IMG/VR virus record: IMGVR_UViG_2884622180_000001
Coordinates: 3,013-67,012 of that record
Origin: a virus
Lineage: Duplodnaviria > Caudoviricetes
Direction: 5' to 3' (one strand)
DNA length: 64,000 bases
Under the pieces are notes generated by a model that made no database searches, had not been told where the DNA came from, and saw only the letters and a list, made by a program, of their open reading frames with translations. A program made the translations under genes and the position numbers. Shown one piece after another: positions 20,951 through 30,963 of this stretch (position 1 is its first letter; the number at the start of each line of letters is the position of its first letter).

Positions 20951-22656
20951 GGTCGTTGTCGGTCTATTTCAAACAGTAAATCGCGGTTGTCGAACAGAAT
21001 ATCGTCCCCTTCCTGAAGCTCGTCGGCATAGATCTCCATCTGCTCTCCGCCGCGGCGAACCATCAGCCGGGCGTCGCGATCCAGCAGGATTTCGCGCCCG
21101 TTCTCCAATCCGATACGGTAGCAGTCCCGCGAGTCGATGCGTCCCACGACACGCGTCGTGCGGGCCGCATACAATCCGGCACGTTCGGGCAGCAGGAAAC
21201 GCTCGAACAGCAGGCCGTATTTCACAGGGTCGATCAGCGTGATGCCAAGCAGGTACAGGGCCAGAGAGCCGCCCGCCGAGCCGCGGCCGCAGCCTACGAG
21301 GATGCCGTTGCGGCGGGCCCAGTTCACGGTGTCGTACTGGACCAGCAGGTAGTCGATATTGTCCGTCGATTCGAGGATGTAGATCTCCTTGTCGAGCCGC
21401 TCCCGATACTCGGCCTCCCGGCCCGCAGGGACCAATTTCTGAAACCCCTCTTCGAGCAGGGAAAGGAACATCGTATGCGTATCGCCGTACTTCGCTTGCT
21501 CGTCCGGCGTCATGTCGTAGCGCGGCATGAAGACGGCATCCGTCCGGTAAGCCGCCTCGGCCCCTTGGGCGATCGCGACCGTATGGCGGCACATCCGCCG
21601 GAACAATTCGTCCACATCCCAGCGTGCGGGATCGAACAGCGGCCGCAGCTTGTCCAGAAGCTCCCCGGCCGAGCGCAGGTACTGCTCGTCGCTCTGCTCG
21701 TGCGCGGCACCCGTGGCGATCTTGTTCAATACGATCTTGCTGCGGGCGTCGGCGTGGTCGATGTAGTAGCACTCCGGGATCAGTACCGGTTCCACCTCGA
21801 ACACGCCATTCTTGCTGAACTCGTGGAAGTATCGCCGCATACTCTCCAGCCGCTGTACATCGATGCGGTCGGCCTTGAACTCCGTCGGGTCGATCTGGTA
21901 AAAGAGGGATTCGAAGGCTTTGCGCAGCCGCCCGACAGCCGGGCGGTTCTGTGCCATCCATGCCGTTGCGAGCGTTCCCAGCACGAGGACATTGCCGCGT
22001 CCGTGGGCCGCGAGATTCTCCATGTCGATCCTGCCGTCCTCGCGGTCCACCATCACCGCTTTCTGGATGCGCAGCAGGTTTTGCAATCCCTGTTGGCTCT
22101 GGCAGTAGACCTTCATTGGGACTTCCGTGCCGTCGTCATCCAGCGTGAGCGAATAGCCGAAGACGTGTTTGATTCCGGATTTGGCGCACTCTTTCTGGAA
22201 CGCCAGCGTCCCGGCCATCGTATTGCGGTCGCAGAGACCGAGGGCCGTATGGCCCATCCATTTTGCCTTTCGGACCCACGCCTCGATATCGCCCGAGGCG
22301 TTGAGCAGTTCGTAGGAAGTGTGGACGCCCAGATTGACGAACTCCACGTTGCACCCGTCGGGCCTCGGCCGGCCGATATGCCGCAGGATATTCAGGGAAA
22401 ACTCCCCGCGCAGGTCGTAGCAGTACCAGTTGTCGCCGAAGGGAAAGGCGACGTGAAAGATACCCTCGTCGATAAGCGTCTGCGGGTCTTCCATCAGGTT
22501 GAAGACCTGCTCGTCGCCCCGCTGGCGGAAGATGCTTTTTACCCCGGATAGATCGGCACGGAACAGCCGCCCGAAATCCGGAATATCGACCACCTCGCCG
22601 TCTACGACACGGTAGTCAATGTTTTGGCTGTCGAGCCATCGGGTTAGATCGTTCAT
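20947..22656 (-). CDS. dnaE: DNA polymerase III alpha, N-terminal part (PHP domain to FERFLLPER)
   Basis: VHTSYELL, LCDRNTMAG, GCGRGSAGGSL, LLFERFLLPER motifs; ATGA overlap with the C-part. Confidence 0.9.
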   Translation of the reverse strand: MNDLTRWLDSQNIDYRVVDGEVVDIPDFGRLFRADLSGVKSIFRQRGDEQVFNLMEDPQTLIDEGIFHVAFPFGDNWYCYDLRGEFSLNILRHIGRPRPDGCNVEFVNLGVHTSYELLNASGDIEAWVRKAKWMGHTALGLCDRNTMAGTLAFQKECAKSGIKHVFGYSLTLDDDGTEVPMKVYCQSQQGLQNLLRIQKAVMVDREDGRIDMENLAAHGRGNVLVLGTLATAWMAQNRPAVGRLRKAFESLFYQIDPTEFKADRIDVQRLESMRRYFHEFSKNGVFEVEPVLIPECYYIDHADARSKIVLNKIATGAAHEQSDEQYLRSAGELLDKLRPLFDPARWDVDELFRRMCRHTVAIAQGAEAAYRTDAVFMPRYDMTPDEQAKYGDTHTMFLSLLEEGFQKLVPAGREAEYRERLDKEIYILESTDNIDYLLVQYDTVNWARRNGILVGCGRGSAGGSLALYLLGITLIDPVKYGLLFERFLLPERAGLYAARTTRVVGRIDSRDCYRIGLENGREILLDRDARLMVRRGGEQMEIYADELQEGDDILFDNRDLLFEIDRQRP

Positions 22657-23684
22657 AGTTGTTGGATTTTGCAGATTTTATACTCGACGGGCGTTCTGAG
22701 GCGGTAGGCGAAGATGTCGTAGATCTCCCGCTGTGTCAGGTCTTCCCAGTCTTTCTCCGGATCGGGAATGTCGGCCACCAGCACCTCGAAGTAGCGGCTC
22801 AGTTCCTCGGCCGTCTTCTTCGTGGCGTCCACGGCATCCCCGTCGTATCCCACTACGACGTTGCTCACACCCTTTGTCTGAAGCTTGTAGATCTGGGCCT
22901 GCGATATCTTCTTTCCGAAGGTGGCCACCACGGCCACGCGCCCGTTCTCGTAAAGGTCGAGCTTGCGCGTGAGAGCCACCACGTCGAAGATCCCTTCGCA
23001 GAGGATAACTGTTTCGGTCTTTCCCTCGCGCACCACATCGTAGTTATAGAGCAACTTCACGAAGTCGTTCTGCGTGGAGTTGCGGAAACGCCGGATCGAA
23101 TAGTCGCCCGTGAGCTTGGCCCGGCGGTTATAGGCGTCGATCTCGGCCTTGGGCCAAAGGTGGCGGGCAACGTATCCTACCGTGTCGCCGGAGTCGATAA
23201 CCGGAAAAATCACGTAATCGTCGTAGCGGAAGTTCAGGCCCCGTGTGGTTCCCACCGGAAAAAACTCATAGTCGTCGGCCGTAAATCCGCGTCCCTTGAG
23301 GTATGGATGCAGGAAAGTGCGGCGGTAAAACTCCGGTAGCTCCACAATCCCCAGCTCGTCGTCCACCTCTTCGACCTGTTCGAGCGGGAACAGCAGACTG
23401 CACTCCAGCTGCCCGTCCAGAGAGGCCGTTCGCGTAGGCAACAGATCCATGCGGCCGAGGGCTTCGAGCGTGCGCTCCAGCGAATGCGTCGAGGCCCCGC
23501 ACGAAAAGCAGTGCGCCATGAAGGGTTTCTTGCGGGAGGTCTCGAGACCTATGTAGACGCCGTACTTACCATCCTTGCCGCAATACGGGCAGCGGGCTAT
23601 GAGATTGCGGCCCGGGCCGTCGCGATGCGCAGAGAGCTCGCGGGACAGTTCCTCGATAAGGTATATTTCCTCTTGGGTATGCAC
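22653..23684 (-). CDS. dnaG: Zinc-finger + TOPRIM DNA primase
   Basis: CPYC...CFSC zinc finger; ILCEGIFD and GYDGDA TOPRIM motifs. Confidence 0.8.
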   Translation of the reverse strand: MHTQEEIYLIEELSRELSAHRDGPGRNLIARCPYCGKDGKYGVYIGLETSRKKPFMAHCFSCGASTHSLERTLEALGRMDLLPTRTASLDGQLECSLLFPLEQVEEVDDELGIVELPEFYRRTFLHPYLKGRGFTADDYEFFPVGTTRGLNFRYDDYVIFPVIDSGDTVGYVARHLWPKAEIDAYNRRAKLTGDYSIRRFRNSTQNDFVKLLYNYDVVREGKTETVILCEGIFDVVALTRKLDLYENGRVAVVATFGKKISQAQIYKLQTKGVSNVVVGYDGDAVDATKKTAEELSRYFEVLVADIPDPEKDWEDLTQREIYDIFAYRLRTPVEYKICKIQQL

Positions 23685-23943
23685 ATAAAGGTATAGACCT
23701 GTTTCGGGCAGGATAGTTGGCGAAATGCCGAAAAAATGACTGATTTTTTCGGTATAATGAAATTCGTCAGGGTGGCGATTAGCAAAAACTCACTGAGAAA
23801 CGCCGCATCAGGTTCGTTACACCCTTACGGACTGACAAGAGCGATTGATGAGATGCGGATGCGCCGTTGTCAGACAATACGCAAACAAAAACTCCGATCC
23901 GCATTTTAGCGGACCGGAGTTTTCAATTATGAATTGAAACATA

Positions 23944-24273
23944 TCAACTTAACGCTTGCTCATTGCCTGCAATATACAGTTTGGCATCGACATCGAGCGC
24001 CTTGAAGACTTTGAAAATAGTAGCGACAGTCAGGTTATGCCCGTTCTCAATGCGCGAAATCTGGGCTTTCTTCACGCCGATCATGCGCCCCAAATCCTCC
24101 TGCGTTAGATTGCGCTTCTCACGAATTTCCCGAATCGTCTGACCGATTGAAAACAGTTCGACAGTCAGGTCGTAGGCATCGCGTCGGGCCGTGCCCTTTT
24201 CTCCAACCAGCGTATCGACCGTTTCATCGTGGGTGTATATTCGTTTTTGTGCCATATCCGGAAACTCAACCAT
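23944..24273 (-). CDS. XRE-family HTH protein (HigA-like)
   Basis: IREIREKRNLTQEDLGRMIGVKKAQISRIENG. Confidence 0.85.
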   Translation of the reverse strand: MVEFPDMAQKRIYTHDETVDTLVGEKGTARRDAYDLTVELFSIGQTIREIREKRNLTQEDLGRMIGVKKAQISRIENGHNLTVATIFKVFKALDVDAKLYIAGNEQALS

Positions 24274-25363
24274 TCGGATTATCGATTTTAATCACCCAGA
24301 AACCGTTTCTTTTGCCGTTCCTGCGCTCGATGATGCCTTTCGCGGCGAGATTGACGGTGATGGTTTTGATCGTTCTCTCGGATTTGCCTACATGCGCGGC
24401 GATCTCTTTTTGCGTTGCTTTAGGTTGTTCCCGTAAGTAGTTCAGTACGGCTATCTCCTCCAAAGTGCAATTCAAAGTGCAAATATTGCACTTTGAATCT
24501 TCAGCCTTGGATGTGGCAGTGCTTCGGGTATTCTGTGCGGAAGATTCCCCTACGAGCATCGTCCGGTTTTTCAGTTCATTGTGCTCAGACAGGATCAGAT
24601 TCCTGAAAAACGTTTCGATATATTCGGTAGTAGCGTAAATGCCTTTGCTCAGGTTGTTGTAGTTGGCACGCACCAGCGCATTGCGAAAATACCATGAATG
24701 GTCGGCGAAAGCCCCGTTGTCGATATCGAACCCGAATGTCCGCAGATACTTGATCGCGAATACGGCCGTCGTACGGGTGTTGCCTTCGCCGAAAGCGTGG
24801 ATTTGCCAGATTCCGGAGATGAATTTTGCGATGTGGGTGATCGCATCGTTTATGTTCAGCTCCTTATAGCTGAAATTCTTTTCCTGTCCGAAATCGTAGT
24901 CGAGGGTTTCGCGTATGCTGTCTGCACTGGCATAGAGGACGGTTTCGCCCCTCAGCACCCACTCCTTTTTGGTGATGTTGTAATCCCTGATCTTTCCGGC
25001 AAACTTATAGATGCCCTGAAACAGTCTGCGGTGGATGGTAATGTATTCGACGGGTGAGAAGGTAAAGGTTTTCTCAGACAGTATCTCGGCGATTCTTGCC
25101 GAGACCTTGTCGGCTTCCTCCGTTCTGTCTCCGATGTCGGCTCTGACGGTCTTGGTCTGGTAGTAGCTGTCGATAAGCTGTTTGGCCTCTTCGATAGTAA
25201 TGTCGCCCTCGATGTGCTGGCGCGCCGTTCGGAGCAGATATTCCGAAGGTTTCAAATCATCGACCGCTTGCAGACCGATCGCGGTTTGCCATGCGTAGCC
25301 CTTTTCTCTTTGCTGAGGTTCGCCTTGTCTTATGTACTCTTCAAAATCATTCATTACCACCAA
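24266..25363 (-). CDS. Fic-domain protein with N-terminal VbhA-like segment and C-terminal HTH
   Basis: HAFGEGNTRT Fic motif; TATCTTTG -7 box at 25451-25458 on the minus strand. Confidence 0.85.
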   Translation of the reverse strand: MVVMNDFEEYIRQGEPQQREKGYAWQTAIGLQAVDDLKPSEYLLRTARQHIEGDITIEEAKQLIDSYYQTKTVRADIGDRTEEADKVSARIAEILSEKTFTFSPVEYITIHRRLFQGIYKFAGKIRDYNITKKEWVLRGETVLYASADSIRETLDYDFGQEKNFSYKELNINDAITHIAKFISGIWQIHAFGEGNTRTTAVFAIKYLRTFGFDIDNGAFADHSWYFRNALVRANYNNLSKGIYATTEYIETFFRNLILSEHNELKNRTMLVGESSAQNTRSTATSKAEDSKCNICTLNCTLEEIAVLNYLREQPKATQKEIAAHVGKSERTIKTITVNLAAKGIIERRNGKRNGFWVIKIDNPNG

Positions 25364-25504
25364 ATTTTATTTGACCAGTCGGGTGCCTTTTATCTATCTG
25401 TCGTGAAAGAACAGCGGCTTTGGCCTCATTTCTTCATCGGGGACACTAAGCAAAGATACAAAAAAGTTTCCATGTATGTAAACATCATCCGGCTTTTTGC
25501 CGAA

Positions 25505-26860
25505 TCATCGCCTCATACCGAGCGTCCGCGCCGCATCGTAGAAGGTCTCGTTGTCGTAGTCCGTGGCGATCCGGAACGTATCGCCCTTGCGGAAGAAGCG
25601 GCTCTTGGCCACATGCAGGCGCATCAGGTTGGCATCGCGTTCGGCCGAGGACTGGTTGAGCGATATGAGGTGGGTGCAGGGCCTCGCCAGTCCCTTGGCC
25701 TCCGAGCAGTTGTACTCCGTAAGTACGTTGTTCTCGTCGTTGAGCCAGTCGCGGTTCTCGATCGTAGCCTGATACGTGACGACCATCCATACGTTCTCGT
25801 CGGCCGCAAGATCTTTCAGGTCGTTGGCCACAGCAATACGCTTGCTGCGTTCGTGCTCGGCTCCCCACTGACGGCGCGAGGCGTCGTTCAAGAGGTCCAT
25901 CGAGTCGATGATGACTACGTCCGGCGTCCGTCCGTTTATCTTGCGGTACTCGGCGATGCCGTTCTTAACGTCGATGGTCGATATTCGTGCCGCGAAACGC
26001 GGGAACGACCGCACGGTAATGCTTCCGGCATACTGCCCGATCTCCTTCTCGAAGCGGCGCATCTCCAGCTCGGAGATCCGTCCCCGCTCGAAGTAGAAGG
26101 CATTGCGCGAGATCAGCCCGCCGCTGTATGCGTTCAGCGCCTCCTCTTCCGACCCTTCCAACTGGAAGTGCAGCACATGCAGCCCGTCGTCTATGTTGGC
26201 TCGTATTCCGACGTGTTTGGCCATGTGCGACTTTCCCACGCCCGTCGATGCGAGGATGCAGGACAGCTGCCCGCGCAGGTTGCGCCCGGCATTGAGCTCG
26301 TCCAGATCGGGGATATAGAAACGCGTGACAGGCCGCAGCCCCGACGCCTGAAGCTCCTCCTCGCGTCGTCGGTTGCGGTCGAAGCGTGCCGCGAAGGTCT
26401 TCACCACGTCGATAAAGGCCGTGCTCTTGAGCGTGAAGCCTGCCAGCCACTGGGCATACTCGCGCAGCTTGCGCTCGGCCTCGTCCTGCCGCCGCTGGTT
26501 ATAGAGCTTGCCGACCTCCGTATAGACGGACTGAAGCTCCACGCCCTTGATGTAGGTCTCGAGCATATCGACGACCACCTCGGGGTTGTTCTCGCCGTCG
26601 TATTCGCGGAAGGTGTTGATGAGCTCTATCGCATCGAAGTCCGAAGCGAAGGTCTGCGCGAGCACGGCATAGGTCGGCGGCCGCCGGTAGGTGCGGTAGT
26701 GACTGACGAAGCACTCGTGGATATGCTGGAACGTCCGGTCCGGCAGGTACTCCCGCCGCATGTAGGTCACCAGCACGCCGCATACGACGTCGTGACGTAT
26801 GGCCGTCGAGTAAAGCTCGTAGAGGTATTCGGCCGTAAGGGCGTTGCGCGTCGTGCTCAT
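25505..26860 (-). CDS. dnaB: DnaB-like (SF4) replicative helicase
   Basis: ASTGVGKS Walker A, FQLEG, VVIIDSMD Walker B, VTYQA, VAKSR. Confidence 0.8.
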   Translation of the reverse strand: MSTTRNALTAEYLYELYSTAIRHDVVCGVLVTYMRREYLPDRTFQHIHECFVSHYRTYRRPPTYAVLAQTFASDFDAIELINTFREYDGENNPEVVVDMLETYIKGVELQSVYTEVGKLYNQRRQDEAERKLREYAQWLAGFTLKSTAFIDVVKTFAARFDRNRRREEELQASGLRPVTRFYIPDLDELNAGRNLRGQLSCILASTGVGKSHMAKHVGIRANIDDGLHVLHFQLEGSEEEALNAYSGGLISRNAFYFERGRISELEMRRFEKEIGQYAGSITVRSFPRFAARISTIDVKNGIAEYRKINGRTPDVVIIDSMDLLNDASRRQWGAEHERSKRIAVANDLKDLAADENVWMVVTYQATIENRDWLNDENNVLTEYNCSEAKGLARPCTHLISLNQSSAERDANLMRLHVAKSRFFRKGDTFRIATDYDNETFYDAARTLGMRR

Positions 26861-27474
26861 CGGCTCTCCTCCTTTCCCTGCCGCTCCGCCCGCAGGCGGT
26901 AGAGTTCCGGATAGCGCTTGCGCGTCATCTTGCGGCACACGTCAGCCATCGCGCATTCACTGCATACGGGAGAAAGAGGCGCCCACATCAGGGTCGACAG
27001 AGAGCAGATGTAGAGTCCCGCCTCGGTACCGATCCTGCGGCGCTTGGTGGCGTCTTCATATTCGGGATAGAGGAACTTCGCGAGCGGATGCTCCGAGCGG
27101 TCGCGCGCTTCATGGAGCAGCTCCCCGCGCGAGAGTCCGTGCTCCTTCAGCCACCGGTCCTCCCAGTAGCGGTGCGTGGAGGTGTTGCGCGCGAAACGTT
27201 CCAAGGCTTTCGACCCGAACGAATGGGCTGGCGTCCAGCCGCGTAATACCTTCTTTTCATAAAAGGTCAGGGCATAGACCGAGCAGACGCAGAAGTCCAC
27301 GACCCGTTCCCGGGCCGGGGCGTCGGCGCCGCCGGCAAGGGCCTCCATGCAGTCGTCCACGGCACGGCGTGCAAGGCCCCCTCCGGGAAAGCGGAACGCC
27401 TCGTCGAGGGTGCGGCGCACAAGGAGCGTGAAGAGCCGTTCGACCCATCTATTTTTTCTTGCGGCTGTTCCCAT
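26857..27474 (-). CDS. Hypothetical protein with C-terminal Cys cluster
   Basis: 205-aa ORF coupled between sigma and helicase; C...CSEC...C. Confidence 0.6.
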   Translation of the reverse strand: MGTAARKNRWVERLFTLLVRRTLDEAFRFPGGGLARRAVDDCMEALAGGADAPARERVVDFCVCSVYALTFYEKKVLRGWTPAHSFGSKALERFARNTSTHRYWEDRWLKEHGLSRGELLHEARDRSEHPLAKFLYPEYEDATKRRRIGTEAGLYICSLSTLMWAPLSPVCSECAMADVCRKMTRKRYPELYRLRAERQGKEESR

Positions 27475-28066
27475 CGCGGTCGATCAGTTGTCTCATCTTC
27501 TGCTTGGCTAAAAAGAGGCGGCTCTTGACCGTCTCGATGTTGCGCGTCGAGAGCGTTCCCCGTCGCAGGGCGATCTCCATGATCTCTTCGAGCTTATAGC
27601 CCGCCTGCTGCAGGAGCAGCGCCTCGCGGTATATGGGGTTCAGGCTCCCGAGCGCCCGCAGGATGTCGTCGTTGTAGAACTCCCGGTAGTTTTTCATCCC
27701 CATGCAGTTGCCGCTGACGTGCTCCATGTCCTCGGCGTAGTGGCTTACGATATGCTCCGGATCGAGGTCGTCCGTGGTCTTGAAAGCCTCGCGGCGGCGG
27801 TCCAGATCGAAGATCAGGCGCTTGCAGCAGATAAATATCCAGTTGGCCAGCGACTTTCGCCGGTCGTAAGTATGGACATACCTGAAGAGGTTCGCCAAAC
27901 ACTCGTTGTAGTTCTCGTCGATATCCTGCCGGTGCGACGAGAAGCGGATCGAAAGGCTGTAAACCAGATTCAGGTTGGGAAGTATCAATTCGTTGAAAAG
28001 GGCCGTACGCTCAGCGATGGATTCCTCGCTGTCGTGACAGTACGGCTGTATTCGGTCTGTTTTCAC
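27449..28066 (-). CDS. ECF-type sigma factor
   Basis: Region 2 (LFNEL...NLVYSL...ANWIF) and region 4 (YREALLL...EEI...TVKSRLFLAK). Confidence 0.8.
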   Translation of the reverse strand: MKTDRIQPYCHDSEESIAERTALFNELILPNLNLVYSLSIRFSSHRQDIDENYNECLANLFRYVHTYDRRKSLANWIFICCKRLIFDLDRRREAFKTTDDLDPEHIVSHYAEDMEHVSGNCMGMKNYREFYNDDILRALGSLNPIYREALLLQQAGYKLEEIMEIALRRGTLSTRNIETVKSRLFLAKQKMRQLIDRDGNSRKKK

Positions 28067-28193
28067 TCACTTTCACTGACTTGCTGTTAGAAATCACCTG
28101 TTGGAACTGTCAGCTTATGGATAGCGTCAAATTGGGAATCGGACGGGGCGGCTCGAAGTCCGCCCCGCGATCAAAGTGAGCGATATGTGTCCG

Positions 28194-28673
28194 CTACCGG
28201 ATGCGGTATTTGCGGACGTAGTAATGAAAGAGCAGAAAGGCGTCGGCCTCGTCGTGCGAAGACGGATGAAAACGGTAGTCGTCGATGCAGGCGGCGATCA
28301 TGCGCCCCTTATCGGCCCGGCCGTCCCCCGTGGCGAACTTCTTGAGCGAGGCCGCGTTCACGAACTCCACGGGCAGCAGCTCCAGCTCTTCGGAGAGCAA
28401 AAGCACGATGCCCCGCAGTTCGGAGAGTTTCCGAAAGTCGCGGTTGTGGGCGTTGAAGCTCACGTCTTCGGCTACGATGCGCCGTATGCCATGCCGGAGG
28501 ACGAACTCCCGCAGCGTACGGTAGAACGCGAGGTAGGTGCGGCGGTGGCGCGTAGCATGAAATCGCCACGCTCCGGAGCCGTGCAGCGAGTAGTAGCCCG
28601 TCGTGGTGGCCACGTCCAGAGCCAAAATCTCGGAGCGCGTGAGCCTACCGCTGTTCGATCCGGGACTCTCCAT
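28194..28673 (-). CDS. ruvC: RuvC-like Holliday junction resolvase
   Basis: ILALDVA, IVAEDV, SLKKFATGDGRADK, DEADA. Confidence 0.8.
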   Translation of the reverse strand: MESPGSNSGRLTRSEILALDVATTTGYYSLHGSGAWRFHATRHRRTYLAFYRTLREFVLRHGIRRIVAEDVSFNAHNRDFRKLSELRGIVLLLSEELELLPVEFVNAASLKKFATGDGRADKGRMIAACIDDYRFHPSSHDEADAFLLFHYYVRKYRIR

Positions 28674-30963
28674 TCTCCTTGACAACGGTTATACGGTGCG
28701 GGTATCCTTCGTGTACCAAGCCGTGCGATACGACCAGCGCGGTCGCCTCGAGGCGGTTCAGCGCGGCGAAGACGCTCGAAAGGCCGTCCGAGTCCATGGC
28801 GTCGATCACCTCGTCGATACAGAGCAGATCCAAGCCCTTGCCGAAGTCGCAGTTGCCGTTCACGAGGCGCTGCATGGCCACGACCGAAGCGAGGTTCACG
28901 CGGGCCCGCTCGCCTTCGGAGAACTTGGCGAAAGCGCCGGCGTCCATGCCGTCGCGCAGGATCGAAACGGAGATCTTCTCCCGTACGGCGCCGCTCTTGA
29001 GCTGGGTATAGCCGGAAAGGTTAACGCGCAGGTCCGATCCCAGATCTTCGAGCACGCGGTTGAGCATCCCGGCCAGCGCATCGATCTTCGTGTTGGCCAA
29101 ATAGGTCTTGAACTGTACGAAAGTCTGCTGCTGGGACTGTAAGGCGGCAATGCGCTCCGAGAGCTCCCGGCGGCGCTCTACGGCTTCCGAGGATTTGCGG
29201 CGGTACTCCCCCAGCGATGCCCGGAGCGATGCGACGAGCTCTCCGGCCGTGGCCTTCTCCAGCTCGGCCGCGGTCTGCTCCAGTGTGTCGATGGAGCTTT
29301 CGGCGGCGGCGATACGCTCGCGGGCAAGGGCGGATTCCCGCTCCGCGCCTTTGCGGGCCGCATCGAGGGCGTCGTAGGCTTCGTCGAAGAGACTGCGGCG
29401 CATATCCTCCACCTCGCGGGTGCGGGCCGCGACGTAATCCCTGACGCGGCCGATGTTGAAACGGGCTCCTTCCATCTCGTATTCGGCAGCCTCGACCGCG
29501 CGTTTGCCCTTGGCCATGCGCTCCTGCCAGTCATGGCGCTCCGCCGCCAGCGTGCGCACTTCGCCCCGTACGGCCGAGATCATCTGCTCGACCTTCTCGG
29601 CTTCGAGCCCGTCGTCTAAAAGACACTCCCCAACGCCCGTCATTTCCGACTCCTTCTGCGCCAGCTCCGCCTGAGCCGCTGCGACGTCGAACGTACGGTC
29701 CGAGACGAGGAAGCGGTGCGCGCAGGCGGGACACTCCACCGTCCCGGCCAGCCGGGCTAGCAGCGTCTCGATCCCCGCCGAGAGCGTCCTCTTGCGCCGC
29801 TGCAGCTCCCCGATACGCGCCGTGGCCGCACTGAGTCGCTGTTCCAGCTCCCGCATCTCCGCCGCGAGCGAGGTATCCTGCTGCGCCGCCGCGGTCTCGA
29901 ACTGCGCATGCTCGCCTTTCAGGGCCTCGAAGTCGGAGGCGGCGCGGGCGAGCTTGTCACTGGTCGCAGCGATGATCTTGGTCCACTTGTCGATCTCGGC
30001 ACGGGCCTCGTCGATCTGGCGGCCCTTGGTCCGAGCCACCTCGCCCCAGTCGGTGAGTTTTGCTCCGGGAACGGGCGCAAGCAGCTCCCTCACGCGGGCC
30101 GTGCATCCTGCGAGCGGCTCCTCGGAGTCCTCGACCTGCTGCATCCGCTCGTCGATATCGGAGAGCAGCTCGCAGAACTCCCGTTTGGCGGCGATAAGAT
30201 TCTTCTCCTCGCGGATCGTCTCGCGCTTGGCCGCTATGCCCGCGCGGATGCCTTCGATCTTCTCCTGCCGCGAACGCTCTTTCATGGTGCGGTTTTCCTC
30301 CTCAGCGCGGATCTGCTCGGAGAGCATCCCGATACGTCCGTCGAGAGAAGCCAATTCGAGATCGGCCTCATGCAGGGCTTCGCCCAGCGGCGCGAGGTCC
30401 GTCTCGACCTGTTCGATGGCCCGGTCCACGACGCTGCCGCCGCTGAAACGATTGATGATCTCCTTCTTCTCCCGATCGGAGCTCGACAGGAAATCCTCGT
30501 AGCGGTGACGCGAGAGGATAAAGGCCGAGAAAAGCTCGTCGCGCGAGACGCCCAGCCGGTCGAGGATATAGCGGTTGGCGGCGTCCACGCTCTCGAGTGC
30601 GACCTCCTCCAGCTCCCCGGCCATTCCGGCAAGGCAGCGCACGGACGAAGCGCCCCGGCGGAAGATCTCGCGTTCGACGAAGAGCCCTTCGCCCGTGGCC
30701 GCGTTGCCCATGCGCAGCGCGACGCGGCACGAGTCCGCACTGTCGTTTATGATCTCCTCGGAGCGTACGCGCCGCAGGGGCGCTCCCGTGATGCCGAAGG
30801 CGATGGCCTCGACGAGGGTCGATTTTCCGGAGCCGTTGCTCCGCTGGTTGTCGTTGTCGGCGTTGCGGCCGAAGACAAGGGTCGTAGTGCCCCGTGCGGG
30901 CGAATATTCCAGTTCGCGGAAGGAGCAGATATTCCGGGCGGATACATGTTCTAAATACCACAT
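28645..30963 (-). CDS. sbcC: SbcC/Rad50-like ATPase
   Basis: NGSGKS Walker A, long coiled coil with CPAC zinc hook, FSEGE signature, LCIDE Walker B, VVSH. Confidence 0.9.
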   Translation of the reverse strand: MWYLEHVSARNICSFRELEYSPARGTTTLVFGRNADNDNQRSNGSGKSTLVEAIAFGITGAPLRRVRSEEIINDSADSCRVALRMGNAATGEGLFVEREIFRRGASSVRCLAGMAGELEEVALESVDAANRYILDRLGVSRDELFSAFILSRHRYEDFLSSSDREKKEIINRFSGGSVVDRAIEQVETDLAPLGEALHEADLELASLDGRIGMLSEQIRAEEENRTMKERSRQEKIEGIRAGIAAKRETIREEKNLIAAKREFCELLSDIDERMQQVEDSEEPLAGCTARVRELLAPVPGAKLTDWGEVARTKGRQIDEARAEIDKWTKIIAATSDKLARAASDFEALKGEHAQFETAAAQQDTSLAAEMRELEQRLSAATARIGELQRRKRTLSAGIETLLARLAGTVECPACAHRFLVSDRTFDVAAAQAELAQKESEMTGVGECLLDDGLEAEKVEQMISAVRGEVRTLAAERHDWQERMAKGKRAVEAAEYEMEGARFNIGRVRDYVAARTREVEDMRRSLFDEAYDALDAARKGAERESALARERIAAAESSIDTLEQTAAELEKATAGELVASLRASLGEYRRKSSEAVERRRELSERIAALQSQQQTFVQFKTYLANTKIDALAGMLNRVLEDLGSDLRVNLSGYTQLKSGAVREKISVSILRDGMDAGAFAKFSEGERARVNLASVVAMQRLVNGNCDFGKGLDLLCIDEVIDAMDSDGLSSVFAALNRLEATALVVSHGLVHEGYPHRITVVKENGESRIEQR

